A DNA stretch of 64,000 nucleotides from Minisyncoccia bacterium (GTDB taxonomy: Bacteria; Patescibacteriota; Minisyncoccia; Phycocordibacterales; UBA9973), in NCBI GenBank assembly GCA_965656375.1, contig CBFHKH010000001.1, positions 217,319 to 281,318 of the forward strand, in the 5' to 3' direction. Positions within the stretch are counted from its first letter, which is position 1, and every line of letters starts with the position of its first letter. Below, piece after piece: positions 9,415 to 17,497 of the stretch. The translations under genes and the position numbers were made by a program. The notes under the pieces were generated by a model. The model was not told the origin of the DNA. It did no database searches and saw only the letters and a list, made by a program, of their open reading frames with translations.

Positions 9415-10755
9415 TTATGCCCCTACGAATGTAAGAGCTACACCCTTCTTGCTTGCACGGCCAGTTCGGCCAATACGGTGGACATATGTATCATATGTCT
9501 GTGGAATCTCGTAGTTTATTACGTGCGTTACATCAGGGATATCAAGCCCTCGAGCTGCGACGTCGGTAGCGACAAGAATATTTATTTCGTTATCCTTGAA
9601 TTTCTTTAGAGTTCTTTGGCGGTCATTGTGGCGTTTGTCACCATGGATTGAGCCTGACTTGAATCCCCTCTTTACGAGTTCATTGGAAAGCTTTTCAACT
9701 GCATGCTTCATCTCTGAGAATATGACTACCTTTTTAAATTCGGAATCAGCTAAAAGATCTGAGAGTACATCTATCTTCTCAACCCCCCGAGCTACGCGTA
9801 CTACATCCTGCTCAACATTTTTAGACGTATCACGAGTTTTTACTACAACCCGTACTGGATCATTGGAAAATGTATTGATTAATGTTTCGATTGGCTTTGG
9901 AAGTGTTGCAGAGAAGAAGAAACTCTGGCGATCCTTATGAGTTTTCTCAAGAAGAAATTTAATATCATCTATGAATCCCATGTCGAGCATTCGATCAGCT
10001 TCATCGAGAACGATATTACGAGTATCGGAGAGATCAATTTCTTTTCTCTTTACCAGATCAAGAAGTCGTCCTGGAGTACCGATAACAACGTTGCATCCAC
10101 GGCGAAGATTTTTTATCTGAGCAAATATTGGTGCACCACCGACACATGCGACAGACCACATTTTCATACCACGTGTAAATTCGATAAATTCCTTATCAAT
10201 CTGAAGCGCGAGCTCTCGAGTTGGCGCAATAATGATTGCTGTTTCTTTATTATTCTTTAGTATTTTGTTTATGATCGGTATAAGGAACGCTGCAGTTTTG
10301 CCTGTGCCTGTATTTGCGATACCGAGAATATCACGGCCTTCGAGAGCATGAGGGATAGCCTTGTCCTGGATTGGACTTGGGTAGATATACTGCTTTGTTG
10401 CGATTGCCATTTTCAAGCGCGCATCGATCGCAAAGTCACTAAATGTATGAGTTGGAAGGTATATCTCCTCTTTTTCTATAATCGTAGCTTTGCTAATAAA
10501 TCGTGATACGTCAATGCGCTCGAATGAGTTACCTCGCTTCTTGCCACCACCTCTATTACGGTTACCCGATGGTCTGCTTCCAAATGAAGGCTTGCTACCA
10601 CCTCGAAATGCAGGCTTACCCCTTGTTGAGCCTTTATATGAGCCTGAATGAGCTCCAGAATGGCTCCGAGACGCACCAGAACTGCTTGTGGGACCTCTTT
10701 TAGGTCCAGATGAATATGAAGCCCTTTTTGGGCCTTGTTTGCTATATGCATTCAT
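9415..10755 (-). CDS. DEAD-box ATP-dependent RNA helicase with N-terminal R/G/S-rich low-complexity extension
   Basis: Q-motif and motif I GIANTGTGKTAAF, motif II VLDEADRMLDMGF, SAT, HGD..R, RGxD. The first ~75 aa are RGG/SG-rich. Confidence 0.9.
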   Translation of the reverse strand: MNAYSKQGPKRASYSSGPKRGPTSSSGASRSHSGAHSGSYKGSTRGKPAFRGGSKPSFGSRPSGNRNRGGGKKRGNSFERIDVSRFISKATIIEKEEIYLPTHTFSDFAIDARLKMAIATKQYIYPSPIQDKAIPHALEGRDILGIANTGTGKTAAFLIPIINKILKNNKETAIIIAPTRELALQIDKEFIEFTRGMKMWSVACVGGAPIFAQIKNLRRGCNVVIGTPGRLLDLVKRKEIDLSDTRNIVLDEADRMLDMGFIDDIKFLLEKTHKDRQSFFFSATLPKPIETLINTFSNDPVRVVVKTRDTSKNVEQDVVRVARGVEKIDVLSDLLADSEFKKVVIFSEMKHAVEKLSNELVKRGFKSGSIHGDKRHNDRQRTLKKFKDNEINILVATDVAARGLDIPDVTHVINYEIPQTYDTYVHRIGRTGRASKKGVALTFVGA

Positions 10756-10909
10756 AATTAAATTCTACGTGTTTCAAAAATAAATAATTGCCCGAGATGG
10801 GCAAAAGATTGAAACACTTACACACGCACATTAGAGTATTCCAATGAACAAAGAATAGCATTTATAACAAATTTTGTCAATGAGATATATACTTATACCC
10901 ACCTTCCCT

Positions 10910-10938
10910 TTGACAAATATTTCTAAAAGTTGTATAGT
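10910..10938 (+). promoter_or_regulatory. sigma70-type consensus promoter TTGACA-N17-TATAGT (csp promoter)
   Basis: TTGACA at 10910-10915, 17-nt spacer, TATAGT at 10933-10938, ~80-nt 5' UTR before csp. Confidence 0.6.
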
Positions 10939-11019
10939 TCAAAAACATAAGGGGGTATCTTTAGAAGCGTCGACTTTCGAACATTCATCTTTATTTTATT
11001 ATTTATCTGAACATATATC

Positions 11020-11217
11020 ATGACTGGCTCAATCAAAAAGCTTACTGATAAAGGTTTCGGTTTCATCACAGGTGAAGGACTTGCGAAGGATCTATTCTTC
11101 CACAGCAACTCACTCGTTGGCGTACAGTTCGACGAACTACGTGAAGGTGATGCTGTTACTTTTGAAACAGAAGACACTGCAAAGGGACCAAGTGCTGTAA
11201 ACGTACAGCGCGCGTAA
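11020..11217 (+). CDS. csp: cold-shock protein (CspA family)
   Basis: KGFGFI and VFFH-like RNP motifs. 65 aa. Confidence 0.9.
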   Translation: MTGSIKKLTDKGFGFITGEGLAKDLFFHSNSLVGVQFDELREGDAVTFETEDTAKGPSAVNVQRA

Positions 11218-11231
11218 GCCCAAGCAAAACA

Positions 11232-11266
11232 AAAATCCCCACATTCTTGTGGGGATTTTTGTTTGT
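11232..11266 (+). terminator. rho-independent terminator
   Basis: AAAATCCCCAC-attctt-GTGGGGATTTT followed by TGTTTG. Confidence 0.7.
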
Positions 11267-11414
11267 TACTTCTTCTTTGAAGCTTTTGGTTTTTTCTTTT
11301 CTTTGCGAGCACCAAGACCTTTTGCCATATGTAAAATATATCTACTAGTAATAAGTAAAGTATAACATTTTACAGAATTAAATATAGTGAAAGAAATATA
11401 GTATAATACACAGT

Positions 11415-11570
11415 ATGGAAGACGAAGAGCAAACACAAAAGAAAGATCCTACCTGCCCTCGTTGCGGACTTCGCTCGTACGATGCTGAGTGTGCAAATTG
11501 TGGCACAAAAATCGTAGATAAATCTGACGATGAGGACGAAGAGTATGATTGGAGAGAAAAGAAGCGCTAG
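11415..11570 (+). CDS. small zinc-ribbon protein (51 aa, 2x CxxC, acidic tails)
   Basis: MEDEEQTQKKDPTCPRCGLRSYDAECANCGTKIVDKSDDEDEEYDWREKKR. Below the ORF-track length cut-off. TATAAT at about 11398. Confidence 0.4.
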   Translation: MEDEEQTQKKDPTCPRCGLRSYDAECANCGTKIVDKSDDEDEEYDWREKKR

Positions 11571-11584
11571 AGCGCTTCTTTTCG
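11555..11584. terminator. bidirectional terminator (palindrome GAAGCGC-TAGA-GCGCTTC followed by TTTT)
   Basis: The perfect palindrome overlaps the stop codon of the small zinc-ribbon ORF and precedes the stop of the convergent 11589 gene. Confidence 0.6.
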
Positions 11585-11588
11585 TATG

Positions 11589-12176
11589 CTATTTCACAGA
11601 GAAAGTAAATATATAATCTTTTTCAAGAATTGGATTTGTGCTTGTTGCTTCGGGAGTGACGCTTTGAAGGGTGACTTTTTTATTGATAAAGTCTACACTT
11701 GTTCCAATCTCGAAATCTTTTTCTTGGGTTGTCGCATCTGATTCGAGTCTTACTTTCACCCTTACCGTTCCGGCCCAAATACACTCTGTCCCGCTTGGAC
11801 ATCTACTATCTTCGAGGACTTTGAGCGGAGTGATATATACTCCCCCTAAGAGTATTTTCTTGCCCACATTTGCCTTTGTCGATGTTGGCACATGAGTGGT
11901 AGTTGGGCACTGTGAGAACTCGCAATTTGGCCCTGTTCTCGATACGTATGAACCATCAGGACAGGCTTTCGCGTCCATTGTACAGGCACTGCCTCCACCT
12001 GATGGTGAGTTGTGCTTCGGTGGCAGTGTTTGATTCGTATTACTATTTTTTGTGTTTATAGTGCTACTGTTTTGGTTCTGTGATCCCTGTGTCCGTACAC
12101 CACTCTTTACAACAAGCGTGTTAATAAGAAAGATGACGACTACAATTGCAATAACAATGATAAATAGTTTTTTCAT
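11589..12176 (-). CDS. hypothetical N-anchored secreted protein, S/T/N-rich linker, Cys-containing C-domain
   Basis: N-terminal TM helix, low-complexity NSSTINTKNSNTNQT region, six Cys. Confidence 0.5.
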   Translation of the reverse strand: MKKLFIIVIAIVVVIFLINTLVVKSGVRTQGSQNQNSSTINTKNSNTNQTLPPKHNSPSGGGSACTMDAKACPDGSYVSRTGPNCEFSQCPTTTHVPTSTKANVGKKILLGGVYITPLKVLEDSRCPSGTECIWAGTVRVKVRLESDATTQEKDFEIGTSVDFINKKVTLQSVTPEATSTNPILEKDYIFTFSVK

Positions 12177-12817
12177 TTTGATGATGTATCGCTTTTTATA
12201 CTGACTGACTCTAATATATGGGACGCATATCTAGTGCTTCGTCTCGAAAGATTGAAGAGGATTGCGATTGTAAAGAAGACAAGTGCCACTTCAGTATGGA
12301 AGAATGATACGACGATAGCAATAAGAGCGACTACAACCGGAAGCAAGATTCGCATGTTTGCATGCTGATTGTCGGTTTTTGTAAATGGATTATTCTCTAT
12401 GGCGCTTGACTTGATTACATATCGGCGCATGACCCAAAGCGAGAGGCCGATCAAAATAATATTAGTAGCGAAAAGTACAATTGCAAATTGTGTTCTATGA
12501 TAGCTACCCAAAAATTGTGATGAAAATGGAACCAAGGCGACGAAGAAAAGGAAAAGCGCACTCAGGTTCGATAAGCGAACATCGACATTCTTTGCAAGGA
12601 CTGATGCAATGTAGTGATGAGCGCGCCAGTATGTAAACAACAAAGAAAAGCTTAAAAGAAAATTAAAGAAAAGTGGATAGATATTCAATACTGCATTTAT
12701 CAGAGTTTGATTATTCACTATCCCAACTATCTCGGGTACTCGTATTTCAAATACGAGAATTGTCATAGCAATCGAGAAAATACCATCAGTGAGTCCATCA
12801 ATTCGTTCTTGTTTCAT
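12173..12817 (-). CDS. DUF1211/TMEM175-like membrane protein (putative K+ channel)
   Basis: N-terminal RIDGLTDGIFSIAMTILVFEI matches the DUF1211 signature RxxxFSDGVFAIAITLLVLE. About 6 TM helices. Confidence 0.65.
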   Translation of the reverse strand: MKQERIDGLTDGIFSIAMTILVFEIRVPEIVGIVNNQTLINAVLNIYPLFFNFLLSFSLLFTYWRAHHYIASVLAKNVDVRLSNLSALFLFFVALVPFSSQFLGSYHRTQFAIVLFATNIILIGLSLWVMRRYVIKSSAIENNPFTKTDNQHANMRILLPVVVALIAIVVSFFHTEVALVFFTIAILFNLSRRSTRYASHILESVSIKSDTSSK

Positions 12818-12890
12818 ATGAGTAGTATACCTCGTAGTAAAATTTTAGTAAATTCTACTACAGGGTATATCACACACAACTCCATCGATT

Positions 12891-13535
12891 CTAGTTGAGT
12901 ACTACTTCATTTGGATCAAAATGCCCACTGATTACAGGAATGATGACTTCCCTATCAGTTCCGGACCCATCTGTATATATCACCGAAATTCTATAGTCTT
13001 GGCCAATAACATCTGGATCCTTGGCAAGGAAGGTCAGTGTCTTAATTATTGCGGATGATTTTCCGATGCGCGCGTAAGACTTCTCGAGTACTACATCTCC
13101 TCTGTCCTCGAATAAAACGATAAACGTAGATCCACCAAGAGAATCAATACTCACAGTCATCGGAACTATCGCATCTAAACGAGGGTTCACCTTTTTCTTG
13201 TAGTCACCCGGTATAAACTCTGTCTTTAGAAATTGGCTCTCTAGCTCAACTTTGCTTTTCTCCGTTCCATATTGGGACTGGTATTCGGAAACATTGTTAC
13301 TAAGTCCGACGACGAGATCTCCATCAGGAAGTGTCACGACCGCGTCTGCTATGCGTGATCGAGTTGTCTCCGCATATTTCTCTGTCTGTATACTTGATGC
13401 TTCAAATGCTTTTTCTTTGTCTTTATTTACTTTAATACTATAGATGATGAGGAATATAACAAGTAGAAATGCGAGTACGGTACCTCCTTTTTTAAGATAT
13501 TGTTTCATGTATATAAGTATACCATTTTTGCACAT
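12891..13535 (-). CDS. hypothetical N-anchored secreted protein
   Basis: N-terminal TM helix. No motif. Confidence 0.5.
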   Translation of the reverse strand: MCKNGILIYMKQYLKKGGTVLAFLLVIFLIIYSIKVNKDKEKAFEASSIQTEKYAETTRSRIADAVVTLPDGDLVVGLSNNVSEYQSQYGTEKSKVELESQFLKTEFIPGDYKKKVNPRLDAIVPMTVSIDSLGGSTFIVLFEDRGDVVLEKSYARIGKSSAIIKTLTFLAKDPDVIGQDYRISVIYTDGSGTDREVIIPVISGHFDPNEVVLN

Positions 13536-13557
13536 TTAGGCCTGCTGTAAAGCAATA

Positions 13558-13587
13558 TTTGACAAATATTGTCAAATCTGCTATAAT
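13558..13587 (+). promoter_or_regulatory. perfect sigma70 consensus promoter TTGACA-N17-TATAAT overlapping palindrome TTTGACAAATATTGTCAAA
   Basis: TTGACA at 13559-13564 and TATAAT at 13582-13587. The 19-bp perfect palindrome at 13558-13576 looks like an operator. Confidence 0.6.
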
Positions 13588-13618
13588 ACAAACAATCTTA
13601 AACATATAAAAATATTTT

Positions 13619-13771
13619 ATGAAAAAAATGTTCATTGGCCTCTGGAACCTTATGGGTGAAATCTTCAGCCGCAAAAAACACGTAATTAAAGAAAAAAAGT
13701 TCGCTATAAGCGATAAAGAATTAGACGAATTGCTCACTGTGCCCATACTGAGCAGGTTGAAAAAAAATTAG
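13619..13771 (+). CDS. possible 50-aa leader ORF upstream of engB
   Basis: MKKMFIGLWNLMGEIFSRKKHVIKEKKFAISDKELDELLTVPILSRLKKN. It ends 5 nt before a hairpin that pairs CCUCCU with AGGAGG. Confidence 0.3.
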   Translation: MKKMFIGLWNLMGEIFSRKKHVIKEKKFAISDKELDELLTVPILSRLKKN

Positions 13772-13823
13772 AAAGATGCCTCCTCACTTTGTGAAGGAGG
13801 CATTATTCGTATATAATCACGCT

Positions 13824-14402
13824 ATGAAGATCACATCCGCAGTGTTTGTGCGCGGTGTCACAAATGAAGAGAGCATGGTACATGATGGCCTCCCTCAGGT
13901 TGCTTTTATCGGGCGCTCGAATGTTGGGAAATCCAGTGTCATAAATTCAATAACAAATAATAAAAAACTTGCTCGCTCTAGTTCTACTGCAGGGCGCACT
14001 CAAGAGATTAATTTATTTATCCTCAATGATTCTTTTTACCTCGTGGACTTGCCGGGGTATGGCTATGCGCGTGGATCATTCGAGGCTCGAGAGAGTATTA
14101 CAGAACGCATACAGTGGTATCTGTTTAATTCAAATATTTCTCAGTATAAAGTCGTACTCATCATAGATGGGCGTACTGGCATGACAGAGAGCGATATGGA
14201 AATGTATGATGCCTTAAAGATTCATAACAAAGATATCGTAATCATCATTAACAAAGTAGATAAACTTAATCTCAGTGAAAAGCAAAAATGCCTTAATGCG
14301 GTGAAAGCTATCGCGAGTGGTAATCTCATCATCCCCTACTCTGCAGAAAAACACACCAATAGGGATCTACTCATTGATTCGATCTTTCCTATATCTTCCT
14401 AG
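13824..14402 (+). CDS. engB: ribosome biogenesis GTP-binding protein EngB/YsxC
   Basis: GRSNVGKSSVINS (G1), DLPGYGYA (G3), NKVDK (G4). N-terminus MKITSAVFV aligns with B. subtilis YsxC MKVTKSEIV. The longest ORF starts at 13776. Confidence 0.85.
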   Translation: MKITSAVFVRGVTNEESMVHDGLPQVAFIGRSNVGKSSVINSITNNKKLARSSSTAGRTQEINLFILNDSFYLVDLPGYGYARGSFEARESITERIQWYLFNSNISQYKVVLIIDGRTGMTESDMEMYDALKIHNKDIVIIINKVDKLNLSEKQKCLNAVKAIASGNLIIPYSAEKHTNRDLLIDSIFPISS

Positions 14403-14904
14403 TGTCATACGCCCAGTGGAGGAGCGCTTGGCGTTGCCGTGGACGACAATGTACATCACCTGGTCTACAATTGTTCCTTATTTGGCCTATGTGGCGTCTG
14501 ATAGCCTTCCAGCGCTTGATCTGTCGCATATCTTCATGTGGTATTCTACGGCCCATATAATATCTACAATACCACTGGAACCATCCTCTCGGATCGTCTG
14601 TATATATCCAGCCATTTTTCTGCCAGATTGAAAGAGACTGACTGGCGTGTATGCCAAAATAATTTAATTGTGGGTCAGGTTTATCCTTTGCAAGTTTCGC
14701 ACGAAGAGACCACGATTTTGGAAACTCTTTGAGGTATGAATTGTCGCCGTAGAATCCATCGAATATACCGAGTTCGAGCATTTCTTTTGGAGACAGGTCA
14801 GGCGTAAACTCAGGATCAAAATTCTTACCCTCAGGCTCGCTTCGGATATATGTATATCCGTCTTGCATTGAATCCTTTACGACCACCGTGATAGATTTTG
14901 CCAT
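14389..14904 (-). CDS. conserved hypothetical protein (Trp/Tyr/Cys/His-rich C-terminus)
   Basis: MAKSIT... contains NGWIYTDDPRGWFQWYCRYYMGRR and C..GDVHC motifs. Last gene of a 3-gene minus-strand operon. 14-nt convergent overlap with engB. Confidence 0.5.
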   Translation of the reverse strand: MAKSITVVVKDSMQDGYTYIRSEPEGKNFDPEFTPDLSPKEMLELGIFDGFYGDNSYLKEFPKSWSLRAKLAKDKPDPQLNYFGIHASQSLSIWQKNGWIYTDDPRGWFQWYCRYYMGRRIPHEDMRQIKRWKAIRRHIGQIRNNCRPGDVHCRPRQRQALLHWAYDTRKI

Positions 14905-14905
14905 G

Positions 14906-15439
14906 CTACGTAATCTTTTTCTTTTTATTGAAAAAGTAGAGAGTAACAATCAAAAGGAGTGAATAGTTTATGATCATGTAGGTTGTATTTCCCCATGATA
15001 CACCATGGAGGAATTTATATTCTGATACAGGGAACAGAAATGGTGTAGGATAGAAGCTTGCAGCATGAGAAGGTATATCGATCAATATATGAAGTGCCCA
15101 TCCGAGGAGCTCTAGTCGAGGTCGTTTAGACAGATACCATACGAGGCAAAATACAACAGCCCAGATCACGATACTATGGCTGAATTGGTAAAGGAAACGA
15201 GCTAGATCAAATCCTCCGGCAAGTCCGTGATGACTTCCCAAGTGGTCCATGCCTTGACCTTTGAATATGAGATTAAATATCCCAATACAGAATGGAATGG
15301 TAAATGCAAAGAGATCAGGAAACACTCCGAAAAATGTTACCCACGGAAGCTTGATAAGGGGTTTCTTTTTCTTTTCTAATTGTTTGTTGCCTGCTCGTGC
15401 GCCATAATTTGCCCAGAGCATGTGTGCGAGTATGTCCAT
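14906..15439 (-). CDS. membrane protein, possibly DUF457/YdjM-like membrane-bound metal-dependent hydrolase
   Basis: Multiple TM helices with conserved His clusters (HMLW, HHGLAGG, HSIVIW, HILIDIPSH). Weak family call. Confidence 0.4.
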   Translation of the reverse strand: MDILAHMLWANYGARAGNKQLEKKKKPLIKLPWVTFFGVFPDLFAFTIPFCIGIFNLIFKGQGMDHLGSHHGLAGGFDLARFLYQFSHSIVIWAVVFCLVWYLSKRPRLELLGWALHILIDIPSHAASFYPTPFLFPVSEYKFLHGVSWGNTTYMIINYSLLLIVTLYFFNKKKKIT

Positions 15440-15456
15440 AGTGTTTTAGTATAGCA

Positions 15457-15804
15457 TTAATTGGATTTCGTATCTTGATCGAGGTTGAGTGTTTTGAGTA
15501 CACTTTTTGTACGTATACTTGCCTGACCTGAGACTGTGCGTACGATTCGACGAACGATCGAAAATATAATGTAGCTTACGATAAGTGATAGCCAGAACAA
15601 GAATTTAAAGAATCCCCACTGGAACCCCAACAAGTGAGTGTACCCAAGTATAAAGAATAAAGTGACACCAAGGATTCCTATGACCAGTGGAATCATCACG
15701 ATACCCCAGAGGGCATCTTTTACCTCATCACCTGCAAGCCTGCTTGGATTTTGTCGGGCTTCTTTGAGTATTTTCTTTATATGAAATATTTTAAAAAGTA
15801 TCAT
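15457..15804 (-). CDS. small membrane protein (2 TM)
   Basis: 115 aa with two hydrophobic helices. First gene of the operon. Confidence 0.45.
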   Translation of the reverse strand: MILFKIFHIKKILKEARQNPSRLAGDEVKDALWGIVMIPLVIGILGVTLFFILGYTHLLGFQWGFFKFLFWLSLIVSYIIFSIVRRIVRTVSGQASIRTKSVLKTLNLDQDTKSN

Positions 15805-15886
15805 ATCCTACATAATACAGTATAGATATAGGATTATCCACTCAATTGGAGTATACTCTATATACTTATCAGTAATATAAAATCAT

Positions 15887-16015
15887 ATGGCAAAAAGAAG
15901 TACAAATCTTGGCATCAAGCCGAAATCTATTCACTCACGCAAAACAAAAAAGCGCCTCGCAATTAAAAAGGAGATGCTCGCGGCCAAAGTAGCAAAGCGT
16001 AAGAAAAAACAATAA
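15887..16015 (+). CDS. possible small basic protein (42 aa, K/R-rich)
   Basis: MAKRSTNLGIKPKSIHSRKTKKRLAIKKEMLAAKVAKRKKKQ. Followed directly by a strong terminator. Below the ORF-track cut-off. Confidence 0.3.
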   Translation: MAKRSTNLGIKPKSIHSRKTKKRLAIKKEMLAAKVAKRKKKQ

Positions 16016-16016
16016 T

Positions 16017-16048
16017 AAAAAGCCGAGCAGTACTGCTCGGCTTTTTAT
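16017..16048. terminator. bidirectional intrinsic terminator
   Basis: AAAAAGCCGAGCA-gtac-TGCTCGGCTTTTTAT between convergent genes. Confidence 0.7.
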
Positions 16049-16057
16049 AGAGAGGTA

Positions 16058-16243
16058 TTATTTCATTGCCTCAGCATCTGCTTTGGACATGAACTTAAAC
16101 ATGTTCCCGCCACACACTGAGCATGTACCCTTGGCCGAGTATCTGTTGTTCTTTTCAGATACAACAGGATTTACCATTTCCTGCATCGTTGGCTTATTCT
16201 TATCATCTCGGCACTTCATGCATAATGCTTTTAGTACTGCCAT
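16058..16243 (-). CDS. small zinc-ribbon protein (61 aa; CxxC...CxxC)
   Basis: CMKCR ... CSVCGG. Confidence 0.5.
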   Translation of the reverse strand: MAVLKALCMKCRDDKNKPTMQEMVNPVVSEKNNRYSAKGTCSVCGGNMFKFMSKADAEAMK

Positions 16244-16292
16244 ATATTTATATAGTTACTAATAATATAGAAATAGTATACCACAGAGTATT

Positions 16293-16421
16293 CTATTTTG
16301 CCCGCTTATTCTTAGGTTTGAGATTCGGTGGATGCTTTACTGCAAATTCTGTCTTCTTACTTCCCTTTTCTACGAGCGGCACTGTAGCTTTTACGTTGCG
16401 AACTTTTGTAATCTGTTTCAT
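16293..16421 (-). CDS. possible small basic protein (42 aa)
   Basis: MKQITKVRNVKATVPLVEKGSKKTEFAVKHPPNLKPKNKRAK. Same strand as the flanking genes. Below the ORF-track cut-off. Confidence 0.3.
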   Translation of the reverse strand: MKQITKVRNVKATVPLVEKGSKKTEFAVKHPPNLKPKNKRAK

Positions 16422-16492
16422 TAAAATAGTATACCACCAAATATAAAAACACCCTCGATACGCAATTGAGAGTGTTTTTATTTAATACGAAT

Positions 16493-16720
16493 TTATTGTG
16501 GTTGTGCTTCAGTATCAGGACCACGACCTGAGTCAGGAAGATTCACATCTACATTGATAGATGGATTGTTATCTACTGGAGCTTTCGCGCCGCGGTGTGT
16601 GTACCACCAGTATCCACCTACAACGAGCAATACGATGATTACTACAAGGAGTACTGTGTTTGCACCTCCATTACTTTCTCCTTGTGGTGCCGGAGGGTTT
16701 ATATTTGTCTGATTTTCCAT
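16493..16720 (-). CDS. small single-pass membrane protein
   Basis: 75 aa with central TM helix TVLLVVIIVLLVVGGYWWY. Confidence 0.45.
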   Translation of the reverse strand: MENQTNINPPAPQGESNGGANTVLLVVIIVLLVVGGYWWYTHRGAKAPVDNNPSINVDVNLPDSGRGPDTEAQPQ

Positions 16721-16796
16721 ATATTATTTAAATTATAAATTAATAATATCGATCACTATAAGTATACCGCTCTTTTTTCTTATTGCCTATAGATTG

Positions 16797-16833
16797 AGAA
16801 AGCTCACTGCGGTTAAGCGCAGTGAGCTTTTTA
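16797..16833. terminator. bidirectional intrinsic terminator
   Basis: AGCTCACTGCG-gttaag-CGCAGTGAGCT, an 11-bp stem flanked by A and T runs. Confidence 0.65.
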
Positions 16834-16914
16834 ATTGATCCTTCGTAGGTATTTGATTCATGTAAATCAACATGTATAGCACTAACGTATATAGCCTGGC
16901 AAGGCTTTAATTGA

Positions 16915-17316
16915 TCAATTCTTAACAAACATCCCCCCAAATGCGAGACCAGTACTTCCCTTTTTTTGTATTGTGAAAACGTACACGCTCCCACTAATAG
17001 GTTTTCCATTTATTCTTGTGAGGTCTAAAGTTGCCTTACCGCTACTATTGAGAGTAGTGGTCATCAATTGTTTTTTAGCAATATTGTATAGCGTAACTTT
17101 AGCACCATTCAGGCTTGTATCGCAGTCAAGGTTAATGTAATTTCCGTATGCAGGGCATGGATATACACTTACGTATTTTGATATAGCAGGAATAGTGTCA
17201 GGCTTTTTTAAAACTGCATTTTTGTAGTCAAAATAAGTTGCTTTACATACTGATGGTAAAGCAAAGATTGCTGCAAAAACTATTACAACAATCGAAGAAA
17301 GATAAATCTTTTTCAT
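16915..17316 (-). CDS. hypothetical secreted protein (signal peptide; C-terminal beta-rich domain)
   Basis: Signal peptide MKKIYLSSIVVIVFAAIFALPSVCKA. C-terminal 70 aa loosely resembles sorting/beta-sandwich domains. Confidence 0.5.
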   Translation of the reverse strand: MKKIYLSSIVVIVFAAIFALPSVCKATYFDYKNAVLKKPDTIPAISKYVSVYPCPAYGNYINLDCDTSLNGAKVTLYNIAKKQLMTTTLNSSGKATLDLTRINGKPISGSVYVFTIQKKGSTGLAFGGMFVKN

Positions 17317-17497
17317 GATGTTTTGTTTTAAACGTTTGAGGATGTTGTGTAATTTAAATGTACTTATTTTCAGTATACACCTGAGGATATACCTGTCAAA
17401 GGTTTTTCACTTCTCAAAAATGTTGACAAATCAAAGGTAAAATATACTATACAGTATAAGGGCTAAACCGATTCATAACATTTAAAACCAAGCATAT

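Noticed and set aside
10923-11315. 130-aa minus-strand ORF antisense to the csp gene
   Set aside because: It fully overlaps the strongly supported cold-shock CDS and its terminator. It has no motif and is a typical antisense ghost ORF.
14317-14631. 104-aa plus-strand ORF overlapping the engB 3' end and the convergent 14389 gene
   Set aside because: It has no motif and is embedded in two better-supported genes.
16915-17316. Possible Bacteroidetes T9SS C-terminal sorting domain in the 133-aa secreted protein
   Set aside because: The resemblance (VTLYN...GSVYVF...K) is loose. The promoters in this window are canonical TTGACA/TATAAT rather than Bacteroidetes-type, and no other T9SS component is present.
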